From Octopus bimaculoides (lineage: Eukaryota): a stretch of 43,545 nt of DNA. Numbering within the stretch: position 1 is the first letter of the stretch; the number at the start of each line of letters is the position of its first letter. This document shows, one piece after another, positions 21,031 through 34,416 of this stretch. The notes beneath the pieces were generated by a model that saw nothing but the letters and a program-made list of their open reading frames with translations, did no database searches and was not told where the DNA came from. Where the stretch lies: positions 28,661,979-28,705,523 of the forward strand of contig NC_069000.1 of NCBI RefSeq assembly GCF_001194135.2. The letters run 5' to 3'. The position numbers and the translations under genes are program-made.

Positions 21031-22229
21031 GTTTTAATGGACTGTACTTGTAGTTTAAAAGGTGCAAGCTTGTCACACTGTGCCACACTTATCCTGTATT
21101 GTACAAATTATATTAAGTGTATATGTGTCTGAGAAATACTCAACCACATACACTGATTCTAGGAGCAAGTAGTTCAGTTTATTGATACTCATTGTTAAAA
21201 CCAACGAAGATCCATTCTTGTGCATGTGTATATGAAGAAATGGGATTAACATTTTATGTTGTTTTTCTTTATTTTCTATCTCTGAAGCAAGAGGAATTGT
21301 TAATTGCATTAATAAATAAACAACCATTGGGTTCTTGATTAATATAAGGCATAATTAAATCATCACCAACACTTCCATCACATCTCACTTCTAAAAAGAA
21401 AAGAAAAACAAATGAAAGAAAACTAGTTTTGAATAGGTTAAGTCAAAACTAATTGATCTTAGGAATCTCTAGGGTGAAATAAATATATAAATAAATTTTG
21501 GAATAATTAATTCAGTAATTAATTATCAGAAAAGGAAGAATGAGAGAAAACTAGAGAAAGAAAGGGCAAGTGAAAGAGAGGGAGTGAGACACAGAGGGAG
21601 AGAGAGACTGTTGAAGTCTTATGATTTATTAAGCTGATAATGAAGTTTCCATTAAAAACACCATGGTATTAGGGAGATGTAAAATAAGCGAAGAAATCTC
21701 ATTTGTATATGGATTTTTTTTTTGTCATATCCTCAGCCCCAACTGAGTAGATTATGGTGAAATACATTCCAGCCATGACAATTTCAACTTACTTTGAAAA
21801 AGTATATTCTAATATTCAAATGTGTCATACTATACTAGTGCACGACCCATTGTTTTATGCCTGGAATAAGTAATGTTTCATTGAAATGTAGGTGTAAATA
21901 AAAAAAAACCTTCAAGGAAAAGAAGGTAAAACAATATTGATAGAAAAGAAACATTTAATAGATCAAAATACATATTAGTTTTTAACTGCTTTCATTTCTT
22001 TTTTGTTTACACACGTGTGCACACACATACACAACATTATATACAACTAACCTCACGACGAAAAATTTTAACAATCAATGTCTGTAAATGCAATATTTTT
22101 AGTGAATCAAACATTTTCATGATTGGGATGCCTGTAAGATGCTGTTTACATCTGCTAGAATCCCAACTCTAGCCATGTGCAACATACAACTAAGGATGTG
22201 TGAACACATTAGTAGTATTGTAAAGATAG

Positions 22230-22310
22230 TACCGTAAAAACTCATGTAATTCACGTACTTTTTTCGTAAAAACAAAAATAAACTTTAGCGAGTGCATAAA
22301 TTACATGAGT
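22230..22310 (+). mobile_element. Possible DNA-transposon end with a subterminal inverted repeat
   Basis: taccgta start, followed by actcatgtaatt (22240-22251) and its reverse complement aattacatgagt (22299-22310). Confidence 0.35.
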
Positions 22311-23069
22311 AGATCGTTTTCTGGATTTTTTTTAGAAATTCCTTTTGTTGAAAAATTGACGTACAAATGTAAACATTCATATGAGAAGTTGACTCATTTA
22401 ATGTCAGAATAGGTTATTAGAGAAAAAATATAATTAAGTTGACTTTATTTATACTGGATGGTATAATGCTTACTTTTTTTTTTATAAATTTACTAAAACC
22501 TTTAAATGATTAACAACTTTTTGAAGTTTGACTTTCATACTGGTTATTATGGTACAGGCCATATTTTACTGCATCTAACGCTGTGTCATTAAGAAGTTCA
22601 TTTTACAACCACATAATTTCAGGTTCAACTCAGTGGTGTCTTGAGCAGGTATCTCCAATCATAGTCTTGGGCTGTTGTTGGAGTGGAATTGGTGTGTACA
22701 TGTGTTTACATGTCTGTTTCCAAATTAGTCCAGGACAGATATGAGTGGATTAGCATGGCCATAGTCCAATGATTGAAACAAGTAAAAGAGTAAAAATTCT
22801 GGGCCCTTTTGCTAAAAATGTAAAAATGTCTGTATTTATAGAATGATAACTTTATCACTGTTTTGAAAAATACCATCAAGGCTATATTTTGCAGATGAGG
22901 TTAGTATATGACTAAAACACGTCCAGAATTATCTCACATGCACCTCCCTACCAAAGAATGAAAATATAATATAGATTGATAATATAAATTAATATTATTT
23001 ATTTTTCAACATCACATATTTATTTCTAATGACATTTTTACTGTTCTATGGGCTAAGCATCTTATATTT

Positions 23070-23385
23070 TTATTTGTTTCAGTACTTAATTTTTTAAAGC
23101 CTAGTATTTATTCTATCAGTCTCTGTTGCTGAACCACTAAGTAATGGGGCTGTAAACACACCAGCACCAGTTGTCAAGTGGTGATGGGGCGTGGCACACT
23201 GAGATAGATTTATACATATATATGGTGGGCATCATTCAGTTTCTGTCTACCAAATTCACTCACAAGGTTTTGGTCAGCCCAAAGCTAAAGTAGAAGACAC
23301 TTGCCCAAGGTGCCACACAGTGGGGCTGAACCTGGACCTGTGGGTTTGGGAAGCAAACTTCTTACCACCCAGTCATGCCTGTACC
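23070..23385 (-). mobile_element. tRNA-derived SINE
   Basis: Same family as 16817-17123 (agaagacacttgcccaaggtgccacacagtggggctgaacc). Confidence 0.8.
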
Positions 23386-23932
23386 TATGTTCAGATAGAC
23401 TTACTGCTTTTCATGCAAACATCATCTTGGAATAATTTAATTTCCTAACAAATTTTATTTTTCTAAGTCAATAAATATACAATATTGTATTTACTTTGCA
23501 ATTCATTCATTAATAATTTAGCAGATATGGTGAAGACTACAATTTAGTGATGAAGTAAGAATGCAATCAAAAACATTAAAAAAATTAGAGGAAGGTGTGA
23601 TTTGATAGGGATTTGGTTACTATTTCTAGCAGGGCAAGTGACTGCATAGAAGTTGACATCTTAGCCTATTTGATCAACATGCTTATTAACAAATGGGAAG
23701 AGAAGAAACAAGTACAATAAAGTTGATTTAAATCATTTCTTTTCAAGACTGTGAAAGTGAGGGCAAGATGCTAATTATATCATCATGGCCAAATTTTGGT
23801 TTCCCTTACAAGTATAATTTTCAAAAAATTTTCACTAGGGAAAAATTGCAAATGTCATCATAAAGTATTTACTCCAATATAGAAGCTAAAAAAGAACAGT
23901 TCAAACACACCATTACAGTTTCAAATCTTTTC

Positions 23933-23986
<54 letters not shown>

Positions 23987-24384
23987 NNNNNNNNNNNNNN
24001 NNNNNNNNNNNNNNNNNNNNNNNNNNNNNNNNNNNNNNNNNNNNNNNNNNNNNNNNNNNNNNNNNNNNNNNNNNNNNNNNNNNNNNNNNNNNNNNNNNNN
24101 NNNNNNNNNNNNNNNNNNNNNNNNNNNNNNNNNNNNNNNNNNNNNNNNNNNNNNNNNNNNNNNNNNNNNNNNNNNNNNNNNNNNNNNNNNNNNNNNNNNN
24201 NNNNNNNNNNNNNNNNNNNNNNNNNNNNNNNNNNNNNNNNNNATATATATATATATATATATATATATGTAGAGAGTGTAGGACAAAACAGCCTCAGACA
24301 AAACCCCCATAGTTAAAATGTGAAAGCGGACAAAACCCCCTCAGTTATATTTTTGGGTCATTATTGCTTCCCCCCCCCCTTTTT

Positions 24385-24445
24385 TTACTTGTTTCAGTCA
24401 TCAGACTGTGGCTATGCTGGGGCACCGCCCTGAAGAACTTTTTGA
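24385..24445 (-). mobile_element. SINE 3' tail fragment
   Basis: tttacttgtttcagtcatcagactgtggctatgctggggcaccgccctgaag. Confidence 0.7.
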
Positions 24446-24742
24446 CGACTATCTCAAACCCACAGCCACTCCTGCGCCTTTAACTTCTTAATTTATCTAT
24501 GTTATACAAAAACATTTCACTTAACCCTGGAATTTCTACCTTTGTAAGTAGGCTGTAACATCCTTGGCACTTATGTGAATTTTTATTACCTTGGTAACTA
24601 TTTATTTATTTATTTTTTCCATGTTATTTATGCACACTGAAAAAATACACATACATTTACATATATATGCACACATACATACACATATATATACATACAT
24701 GTGTGTATATATAAATATATATATTATTTATACATACATATA

Positions 24743-24808
<66 letters not shown>

Positions 24809-25338
24809 NNNNNNNNNNNNNNNNNNNNNNNNNNNNNNNNNNNNNNNNNNNNNNNNNNNNNNNNNNNNNNNNNNNNNNNNNNNNNNNNNNNNNNNNNNNN
24901 NNNNNNNNNNNNNNNNNNNNNNNNNNNNNNNNNNNNNNNNNNNNNNNNNNNNNNNNNNNNNNNNNNNNNNNNNNNNNNNNNNNNNNNNNNNNNNNNNNNN
25001 NNNNNNNNNNNNNNNNNNNNNNNNNNNNNNNNNNNNNNNNNNNNNNNNNNNNNNNNNNNNNNNNNNNNNNNNNNNNNNNNNNNNNNNNNNNNNNNNNNNN
25101 NNNNNNNNNNNNNNNNNNNNNNNNNNNNNNNNNNNNNNNNNNNNNNNNNNNNNNNNNNNNNNNNNNNNNNNNNNNNNNNNNNNNNNNNNNNNNNNNNNNN
25201 NNNNNNNNNNNNNNNNNNNNNNNNNNNNNNNNNNNNNNNNNNNNNNNNNNNNNNNNNNNNNNNNNNNNNNNNNNNNNNNNNNNNNNNNNNNNNNNNNNNN
25301 NNNNNNNNNNNNNNNNNNNNNNNNNNNNNNNNNNNNNN

Positions 25339-25384
<46 letters not shown>

Positions 25385-25680
25385 ATCTTTATTTTTCACA
25401 TTATTTTCCACATTTAATCACAGACATCTTTATTCTGATGTATAATTTTATATTATATATTTGACATTCTATACTTGACTTTATAAGTTTTATATATGTA
25501 TACTAATTTATATTTATAACTTATAATTTATATTCTTATAATCCTTAATTTCGTAAAGTTTAATTTTTTAATTTTTAATGATTAATTTAACGCTTGATTT
25601 TAAGGTAATGTAAAATTAGGTTAACAATATTTTGAAAAAGAACTTGAAGATACGTTGGTAGAATTGTAAATCTGATGATT

Positions 25681-25711
<31 letters not shown>

Positions 25712-26022
25712 GATATATACACACACATATACATACACATATATACATACATATATACATATAAATATACATATATATACATAAATATACATACACACAC
25801 ACATATATATACACATATGTATACATACATATACATAGATACATATACATAGAAAATTATATCATAGTGAAAGTCATAGAAATGAAACTAATATATATAT
25901 ATGTGCGTGTGTGTGTATATACATACATATTTATATATACGTACATATATACATACGTACATATATACATACGTACATATATATTTATATATACATACAT
26001 ACATACAGATATATATATATAT
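25681..26022. repeat. Compound CA/TA/TACA microsatellite arrays
   Basis: Directly visible; they produce the spurious YI/CV-rich ORFs. Confidence 0.9.
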
Positions 26023-26204
26023 GTAGGAAGAATTCAGAAAAAAACCCAAAAGACGAAGACAGGTGGTGTAGAAAACAAACAGATGTATTAGTATAACACT
26101 CGGGAAGTGAAAAAGTCTTAATAACGTTTCGAGCCTACGCTCTTCCACAGAAAGGAACACAGAAAGAAACAAGGAGAGGAAAAGAAGAATGTATAGTGGC
26201 TAAT
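26023..26204. mobile_element. Interspersed repeat resembling a Penelope-type terminal sequence, with a shorter copy at 2319-2369
   Basis: Shared gaagaattc/gagaattt...gacaggtggtgta segment in both copies. The minus strand contains gaagagc-gtag-gctc-gaaacgt (hammerhead-like stem II plus GAAAC). Confidence 0.4.
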
Positions 26205-26239
26205 ATATATATATATATATATACACACATACATACATA

Positions 26240-26562
26240 GTAAAAGTATTAATAGTTTCACTATTAAAACTGAAAGTATTATCTCACATTACAATAGAGA
26301 TGTTATTGTTTCACTTTTGACACGTAATACTGAAATAGTGTAAGAGATAAGAAATTGCTCTGGATTTGTAATAGGGAAGAAGCTGAAAATTCTTTTCGCC
26401 CATGACACTCCATGGACCCTAAGTAAGGCAAGTGTAAAATTTGAAGGAAATCAGTTGGGTAGTTCTTGAGTTTTAGTGATGCACACATACAGACACAGAC
26501 AGACAGACAGACAGACACACACACACACACACATTCTCAGTTCTCTCTATATATATATAGAT
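26240..26562 (+). mobile_element. Helentron/Helitron-associated non-autonomous element (DINE-1/HINE-like)
   Basis: gtgtaaaatttgaaggaaatcagttgggtagttcttgag, an internal (ACAG)n/(AC)n microsatellite and a terminal tatatatatagat. This architecture is typical of HINE-like repeats. Confidence 0.5.
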
Positions 26563-26565
26563 AAA

Positions 26566-27002
26566 TGCAGGTGTGACTGCATAATTAAGAAGTTTGCTTC
26601 CTAGCCACATGGTTTCAGGTTCAGTTTTACTGCAGGTATCTTGTCCAAGTGTCTTCTACTATAGCCTCGGCCTGATCAAATCTTTGTAAGTGGATTTGGT
26701 AGATGGAAACTGAAAGAAGTTCTATCTGTGTGTGTGTGTATGTCTCTCTCTCTCTCTCTCTCTCTTTCTTCTTGTTTTGACATTGTGTGATAGTATTAAA
26801 CAGTTGTAAAAGATCAAATGGTTGTCAGTGTTATACTGGCAGTGTCATTCATTTCCAATATCCTGCAAGAACATGACTGGCCATGGGGAAATGTTACTTT
26901 GCTTGGAAACAGGTGAGGGTTGATGGCAGGAAGGGCATCTGGCTGTAGAAAAGCTACTACAATAAAACACCATACAACCCATGCAAGCATTGGAAAGTGG
27001 AT
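26566..27002 (+). mobile_element. SINE with tRNA/CORE head and RTE-type 3' tail
   Basis: Head at 26566-26730. The tail ggcaggaagggcatctggctgtagaaa...ccatgcaagcattggaaagtggatg is homologous to the RTE tail. Confidence 0.7.
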
Positions 27003-27009
27003 GGTGAAT

Positions 27010-27292
27010 GTTTTAATCATTGGACTGTGGTCATGCTGGGACACCACCTTGAAGGGTTTAATTGAACAAATGAATCCCAGTACTTATATTTTAAGTCTGT
27101 TACTACTAAGTTCCAAGGACACAAACAGACACAAAGAATTACACACATAGTTTTGTCTTGGAAATCCATTCATAAGATATTGGTTGGCCTAGGGCTATAG
27201 TAGAAGACATTTGCACAAGGTTTTGCACAATGGGATTGAACCTGAGACTGTGCTACTGCAAGGGAGCTTCTTAACCACACAGTCATGCCCAT
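27010..27292 (-). mobile_element. tRNA-derived SINE
   Basis: Tail gtggtcatgctgggacaccaccttgaag; head ggctatagtagaagacatttgcacaagg...cttcttaaccacacagtcatgcc. Confidence 0.7.
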
Positions 27293-27714
27293 GCCATAAA
27301 ATGTGTGCATTACCAATAAAATTACAACCCTAACAGATTTCTAGTCCATTGCTTTAATATATGTTGATATTAAAAATATTCATTTCAGAGGAGCTATATA
27401 TAAATTAGGCTCAATATTGTTGAGTAAATTTTTAAAGTGCCCCAGCATGGCCATAGTCCAATGACTGAAATCTATAAATGAGCAAATACATACATACACA
27501 CATATATATGCAATTATTTTTGTATCTACCTATAAGTGTGTGATATATATATATATANNNNNNNNNNNNNNNNNNNNNNNNNNNNNNNNNNNNNNNNNNN
27601 NNNNNNNNNNNNNNNNNNNNNNNNNNNNNNNNNNNNNNNNNNNNNNNNNNNNNNNNNNNNNNNNNNNNNNNNNNNNNNNNNNNNNNNNNNNNNNNNNNNN
27701 NNNNNCATATATAT

Positions 27715-28036
27715 CTTTACTTGTTTCAGTCATTAGACTGTGGCCATGCAGGGGCACCACCTTGAAGAATTTTTTGTTAGATGGATCAACTCCAGTGCTT
27801 ATCTTTTATTAAGCCTGGCACTTATTCTATTGGTCTCTGTTGCTGGACAACTCAGTTACAGGGATATAAACATGCCAACATCAGTTGTCAAGCAGTAGTG
27901 ACACACACACACACACACACACATGTGATGGGGTTTCTTACAGTTTCTGCCTGCCAAATCCACTTACAAGGCTTTCATAGGCCTGAGGCTATATAGTAGA
28001 AGACACTTGCTCAAGATGCCATTACCATACAGCCAC
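27715..28036 (-). mobile_element. tRNA-derived SINE with partly deleted head
   Basis: Family tail and body motifs as in the other copies. Confidence 0.75.
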
Positions 28037-28046
28037 ATCTTCCCCA

Positions 28047-28096
<50 letters not shown>

Positions 28097-29149
28097 GATA
28101 TATACATATACACACACATGCATAATCTAGAAATGTTCATCTAATTAAAAAAAATAGAAACTAGGCCAGAAAAATGGAAAGCGTCAGTGAGCCATTGAAT
28201 TAAAGAAGTTTAGCTAGGCAAAAGGAATGATTTATGGCGGCTAAATTACCATTAAATAGTTTCCAGTCAGCCACAGCTGCTTCACAGCAACTTAGTTTAA
28301 GTATAAAGTAGATTTTGCTACTCATCTACACCTTATAGAACAGAGAAGGTAAACTTTTAGTGACCTAAGATTCGGTTTCCATTCCAGAATGTGAGATCTC
28401 TCATTTGATGATGTTGGCAAACATTTACCTTATATTCACTTGATGTATGTCAGCTGGTTTAAGTTCCAAATGAGAAAACTCTTTTTACTTCACTCACCCT
28501 GCCAATGTTTTAAAATAAAGACTCAAACATTACAACTCACCCTAATTCTCATCACCACTACCCCTCTCCTCTTCAATGTTTTGCTTGCTTCCCATGCAAT
28601 CCATTGCATGGGTCACAGTCTGAATCAATTCTTTAATCAGAGTTACTGCCCTCCAACAAAGGTCAGAGGATCAAGTCTTATACATTTCCTTTTTAGGCAC
28701 AGTTTCTATAGCTTGATGCCTTTCTGAACAGTAATATAATGTACTGGGTGTATTTTATAGCACCAACACTAAAGAGGTTACCATTTCCCCAACAAGACTA
28801 AATGGTCCTGTAAACCGTCATCTCCACTTATTTGCCACTTTACAAAGTGTACTGAGTACATCTTATCATAGCACCAGATGTAGTAACAGTGCCTTGAACT
28901 TATAAGATGAAGGAATCTTCACTACTCTCTGTTGAGCTAATTCATGTAAAGATTGGCCATGTCAGGATTGGAGCAAGAGGAAGTGAAACATTCATGATCT
29001 TTTAGCAGGACCTACACAACTAATAGGACAAAGGAAGCAAAATCTCAATAACTGCAGACCAGTTAAACAGAGTCAACTATTCTATTGACATCAAAGAATG
29101 TACACAAGCCATCTGATGGGCTGCCTTGCACTTTAGCAAATTGCACTTA

Positions 29150-29565
29150 CACAGGCACAAAACTGACTGATGATAAGACGTTTGCTCCCAACCACATGGT
29201 TGCCAGGTTCAGTTCCGTTGCGTAGTACCATCTTGTATTCCAGCCCTAGGCTGACAAAAGTCTTGTGAGTGAATTTGGTAGGTGGAAACTGAAAGAAGCC
29301 TGTCATACATGTGTGTGTGTTACAGTCTCCTTGCCCTGACATTGCATGATAGTCATAAATGAGTGCCACTATTATGCAAGGAGTGTCTTTCATTTCCAAT
29401 CTTCCATGAAAATATGGATGATCCCAGGAAAATATTACCTAAATGGAAACAGGTGAGGGATGACAACAGGAAAGCCATCCAACTGTAGAAAATCCACCTC
29501 AACAAATTTTTATCCAACCCATACAAGCAAAGGAAAGAGAACACTAAAACAATGATGATGATGAT
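29150..29565 (+). mobile_element. SINE with tRNA/CORE head and RTE-type 3' tail
   Basis: Head tttgctcccaaccacatggttgccaggttcag; tail caggaaagccatccaactgtagaaa...atgatgatgatg. Confidence 0.7.
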
Positions 29566-29824
29566 GTTGGCTTGCAACCAACCCAAGTCTACTTTAGAAA
29601 ACATTTGTCTAAGATGCCATGCAGAAATCTTGGATCCATAACCACACAACTGCAAAGTTACATGGCATGCTTTTATTTTATTTTATTTTTGCTTAGTCAG
29701 GAAGAAAGGGAATAGTCCATGATTGATGGGAGGGAGTGAAAAGGTAGCAAGTTTCCTTAAACTGCGGACTGAGCTCACTCAAATGCCTACAATAGAATGA
29801 AGTCAACTAAAAACAACCAGGGAC

Positions 29825-30128
29825 CAGGTGCGTGACTGTGGCTTTGAACTGATTGAAACCTCATGCCCTTTTCCTGATTTGGCCCCAACTGACTATCATC
29901 TGTTCCCCCAACATGAAAAAACACTTGGCTAGTAGGAACCAGTATTGCAGTGATGGTGACATCATATCTGCTATTATCGACTTTTTTGACCAATGGGATG
30001 AAAGCTTCTTTGCCAATGGGATCCGAACATTGCAATTCTAATGGAAGAAGTGTGAGGACCACAAGGGGGACTATGTTGAAAAATAAACCTCATTTGGTCA
30101 TGTTCCATGAGAGTATCTTGGTCAGCCT
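29825..30128 (+). mobile_element. Mariner (irritans-like) 3' fragment with partial TIR
   Basis: RDCGFELIE, PDLAPTDYHL, NMKKHLA...DFFDQWDESFFANGI and KGDYVEK. Ends in ttggtcagcct, complementary to the aggctgac TIR seen near 11000. Confidence 0.8.
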
Positions 30129-30559
30129 CCCCTCATATTAGGGTAATGGATTAAGTAGACTGAGACAGAACAAACACCTCCATCTGATGCAAGAATATTC
30201 CTGGGACTGTATACCAAACCAAAAACCAGGCTTGAATAGTACACTATTCTGGGCTTAACAAGAACAATATATAATGTCTTTTTCAAATTCTGCAGATACA
30301 ATTTTTTCAGAAAACAGACCAGAAATGTGACACAAACAAATTAGTATATTAGTATAAAAGATTAGCAATAACTTTCTATGCTATTTCTTTTCTTTTTGTT
30401 TTTAATGTATATATTTTCATTTTTTTAAACCTCCTTATGATCAGTGTGTAAAAGGACAACTCCAAGTTTGAATCAAAGAGTATAAGAAGTATGTTGACAA
30501 AGATACAATGCTAACTCTAAACCAGCCCTACAACAGACACTCTCTATATGGTTGTTCCA

Positions 30560-30955
30560 CCTGTTAGAAAAGGCAGCAAAATCTCCCTCAAATCACACAC
30601 ATTCCTAACTTTCTTAAATACAGGACATCAAATAATGTAACCCTATATTCTGGCACTCCCGTCAAATATGACAATGAGGGTTCTAGTTGATCTGCTCATT
30701 GTAACAGCCTGCTCGTGAAATTAACACACAAATGGCTGAGTACTCCACAAACATGTATATTCTTAACTTAGTTCTCAAGGAAATTCAGCGTGACACAGAA
30801 TGTGATAAGGCTGGCCCTTTGCTCAAGAACACAAAGTGATATTGGAAATTGAACTCACGACCTTACCCCTAAAAATGGGATAGTAACAAATGGGATGCCT
30901 TTGATAACAGGCCAGCTAAATCCAAGTTGACCTGGGGTTAGCAACAACAACAAAA
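30560..30955 (+). mobile_element. SINE-like repeat with (AAC)n tail, carrying a nested second repeat (about 30650-30860)
   Basis: gcagcaaaatctccctcaaatcacac head and gacctggggttagcaacaacaac tail. Related pieces at 14985, 37430, 40010, 41935-42120 and 42960. Confidence 0.55.
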
Positions 30956-31836
30956 ATAACTGTATTTTAATGTAAAAAGTAATTTAATCTGTTAATTTTA
31001 TGCCATATTTCTATCATTGTAAAATGGGTGTGTATGGCTTGTTTAGTAAGTCTATCCACACCCATCCATAAAAATGACACATTAAATATATCAGCCAAAT
31101 GGAAACTCTACATCATGGTCTTTCTATTTGTTAGAAACAACAGTCAAGTCTCTTTAGTTATACTCAATAATCTTTACAGAAAAAAGGATTCTCACAGCTG
31201 GAATACCTTTGAGCATAAATTGTTTGCTCCACTAATACTGACCTGGGGCTATTATATCATCATCATCATCTGATGCTTACATGGGTGTGTGTGTATTTTT
31301 CCACATACATTATATCTCACATAGTGATGGAAATGCAAATTGCTAAGGAGAAAGTAAATGAAGACTGCAGTGTTCAATGCCCTTCTTAAGGACATTAGGA
31401 ACAACATCAAGTGGAAGTAGGGAAATGGATGGATTCCAACTGGGAATGAGAAGGGGGCATGTTTTGATTCACGCACACACTCTCTCTCTCTCTCACATAC
31501 ACACTCACACACACAGAGAGTCATTAGTACACTTATAGATTGTACAAGCAAGAAGTAGAAAGCAAGTGGGGTGGGAGGAGGAGTTGATGAAAGACATAAA
31601 ACCAAATGAAATTTGTTCCAACTAGGAATGGAAAATAGAATTTTCGGATTTGCAGAGAAAAATGTGTAACTAATGACATTAAAATGAGAAATAAATGAGT
31701 TTAAGATAGATTAAAAAATAATAATACTAATGATAATATAAATCATACATCCATACAAACACATATCCAGTTGCTGCTATGTGGCTCTTAAGTTCAATGT
31801 CTCCTTTTATAAACTAGACAGTCTTCTTTGTGGGGC

Positions 31837-31874
<38 letters not shown>

Positions 31875-32552
31875 AGAATGTGTGGTGTGTGCTCACTCCA
31901 CAGATGTCTATAAACACACAAAGTCCAACCAGTTCCCCTGCCCCTTACACTACCAATTGACCCCACCTACCTATCTAACCTAGGTCCCTACTTATCAATT
32001 TATGCTTCATTTATCTCTTTTCTTCAATAAGCATCTGATGCTTTCCCAGCTTGATATTTGATCTCAAGAAACTGTGGTACACCATAGCTGGCTTTGTCCA
32101 GCTGGTTGACTCCATATATAGAGATGAAGGTGGATGGGGTGATATTAAAACTCATTAATCAAAAGATTGGTGTGAAGCTGTTTGGTTTTAATGGGGGATG
32201 TTTTGTGCTGAGTAAAGAACCATGAAAAAGGTAAGAAAAAAAAAAACAGTAAATATGCCTACTTTTAGCAATAAAAATACCTTTATAAAAAAAAAAAAAA
32301 TGAAAACCATGAAGAGGCCAACTGAAACAAAATTTTAAAAATTACACCCTAGGAGTAAACAAGCCTTCTTAGAACTTGGGCTATCCTTTGATCAGTGACA
32401 GTGCAATATATATAGAGTAACTTTATATTAAGGAGGGGAACATACAATTTCCTGTAATTCAGACTGCCTCATGGTTCCATAGTAAACATTTTATTTAAAC
32501 TGTTTATAAGTTTATAAGAATGTTATAAATCATAAATTTATAAGATGCTCTA

Positions 32553-33525
32553 ATAGAACATCCATGTTTAAGTAGGGATATTACCTCTTGGTATTAATAC
32601 TGCCTCTGTTGCTAATACATATTTTTTAACAAGCTCACTGACAAATCGTGACGTCAGTGCCTGTTCTGGCCCCGTGGGAAGATGAGGGATCTCTTCAGTT
32701 TGGCTCACAGAAATTTTAATAATTTTTTTTTAGCTAAACAGTTTGAAACTTTGTATACTGGTGTAATTTCTCACTCTGAACACAGTTTACTTTCAACGTT
32801 TTTGACAAAATTTCATATTTTAGAAGCTATTTCGTGTTAGGGTTGTAATATTTGGGTAAATTAAACCAATCAACAACATGTATTCAGCTGAAGAAATCTA
32901 CTGCTGCTTGCAATAGTAATCGAAGAGCAACAACTTCCGGGTTATCTTTACTAACACACTGAATAATCCACATGTGGTTGAAAAATACATTTAGCAGAGA
33001 TGACCTGGAAGTTGTTGCTCTTCGATTACTATAGCAAATAGCAGTAGGTTTCTTCAGCTGAATACACAGAAGTGATTACTTAAAATTACCCAAATATGAC
33101 AACTTTAACATGAAATAACTTCTAAAATATGAAATTTTGTCAAAAATGTTGAAAGTAAACCATGTTCAGCAATTACACCAGTATACGAAGTTTCAAACTG
33201 TTTAGCTAAAAAAAAAATTTTTTTTAAATCTGTGAGCCAAACTAAAGAGATCCAAGATGAGTTGCTGCTATCTCTAGCAGTCAAGCATCCATCATTGACA
33301 AGACCAAGAAAAGTTGAAATCACATGATCTGGTGGTCTTGGCACTGGAAGTGGCAGAGATTTATCTCCCTGTTAGTAATATAAACAAGAGAGCATTTTGC
33401 ACCAAAAGCCAATATGAGAGTTTCTCTCATGGTATCTATCTACCACAGTATAGTTTGTTTTCATAGAACATCCATGTTTAAGTGGGGATTAACATTACCT
33501 CATGATACTGTCTCTGTTACTAATA
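32553..33525 (+). repeat. Diverged direct repeats of about 64 bp flanking the fold-back element
   Basis: atagaacatccatgtttaagt(a/g)gggat...actg(c/t)ctctgtt(g/a)ctaata at 32553-32617 and 33463-33525. Confidence 0.75.
32687..33253. mobile_element. Fold-back DNA transposon or MITE: arms of about 265 bp, 36-nt loop, perfect 8-bp TSD
   Basis: 32687-32954 is the reverse complement of 32991-33253 with scattered mismatches and small indels. Termini GGATC...GATCC. AAGATGAG lies at 32679-32686 and 33254-33261. Confidence 0.88.
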
Positions 33526-34324
33526 TATAAATATATAATTTCTATAAGAATTTGTTTGTAGTGCTAGCTAGTGCTGAAAAGTAATATGATTAGGAAATTG
33601 ACAAGTAAAACAACTTCCTTTTTGTTCCCTTATAAAATTTTAGAAAGATTTTGTGCCTAAATGAAAAAAAAAAATAATAATAAGAGTTAATAATTACAAT
33701 TTCATTCAGCTATGATCTTTACCACATTTCTATTATTTGTAAGGCTGATCAACTATAGAATGAAATCAAAGACATAAACTACAAGAGATAAAGCATATAT
33801 ATTTATACTATATCCAAGATAATTGGTTAAATATTTTAAGTTAGTGACTATATGCACGCATGTATATATGTGTATGTCTGTGTGCATATCTACTGATATC
33901 TATCAATGTGTCTGTGTGTGCGTGAGTCTGTGTGCATGAATGTGTGTGAGTTTGTGTACATATATGTCTATATTTAAGTATATAATTATAATTAAGGGTG
34001 CTGGAGGGACAATGTCAATATGCTAGAAGTAGATGTCAAATGTCTACAAACCAAGCTTCCCACATGTCTTAACTTCTTTTAATATTTTCTTTTTTATATA
34101 TATTTTTCATTTTTTCTTTTTAATTGTGCGAATGTGTATGTGTGTGAGTATATGAATATGTATGTATATATTCTATATGTATATGTGTATGTGTGTGTAT
34201 ATATGTGTATGTGTATGTCCTGTGTCTAGTGCATAAGTGTGACTTTCATGCATACATCCCCTTCATTTATACGGATATGCATGTATTTGTATATGTACAG
34301 GTGTAGGTGTGTGACAAGAGAATG

Positions 34325-34416
<92 letters not shown>

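Noticed and set aside
10975-30128. The two irritans-like mariner fragments as halves of one element
   Set aside because: They are 18 kb apart with the middle of the transposase missing from both; independent truncated copies are simpler.
32687-33253. A>G editing bias between the fold-back arms
   Set aside because: Arm differences are mixed transitions in both directions, several at CpG; no clear one-way excess.
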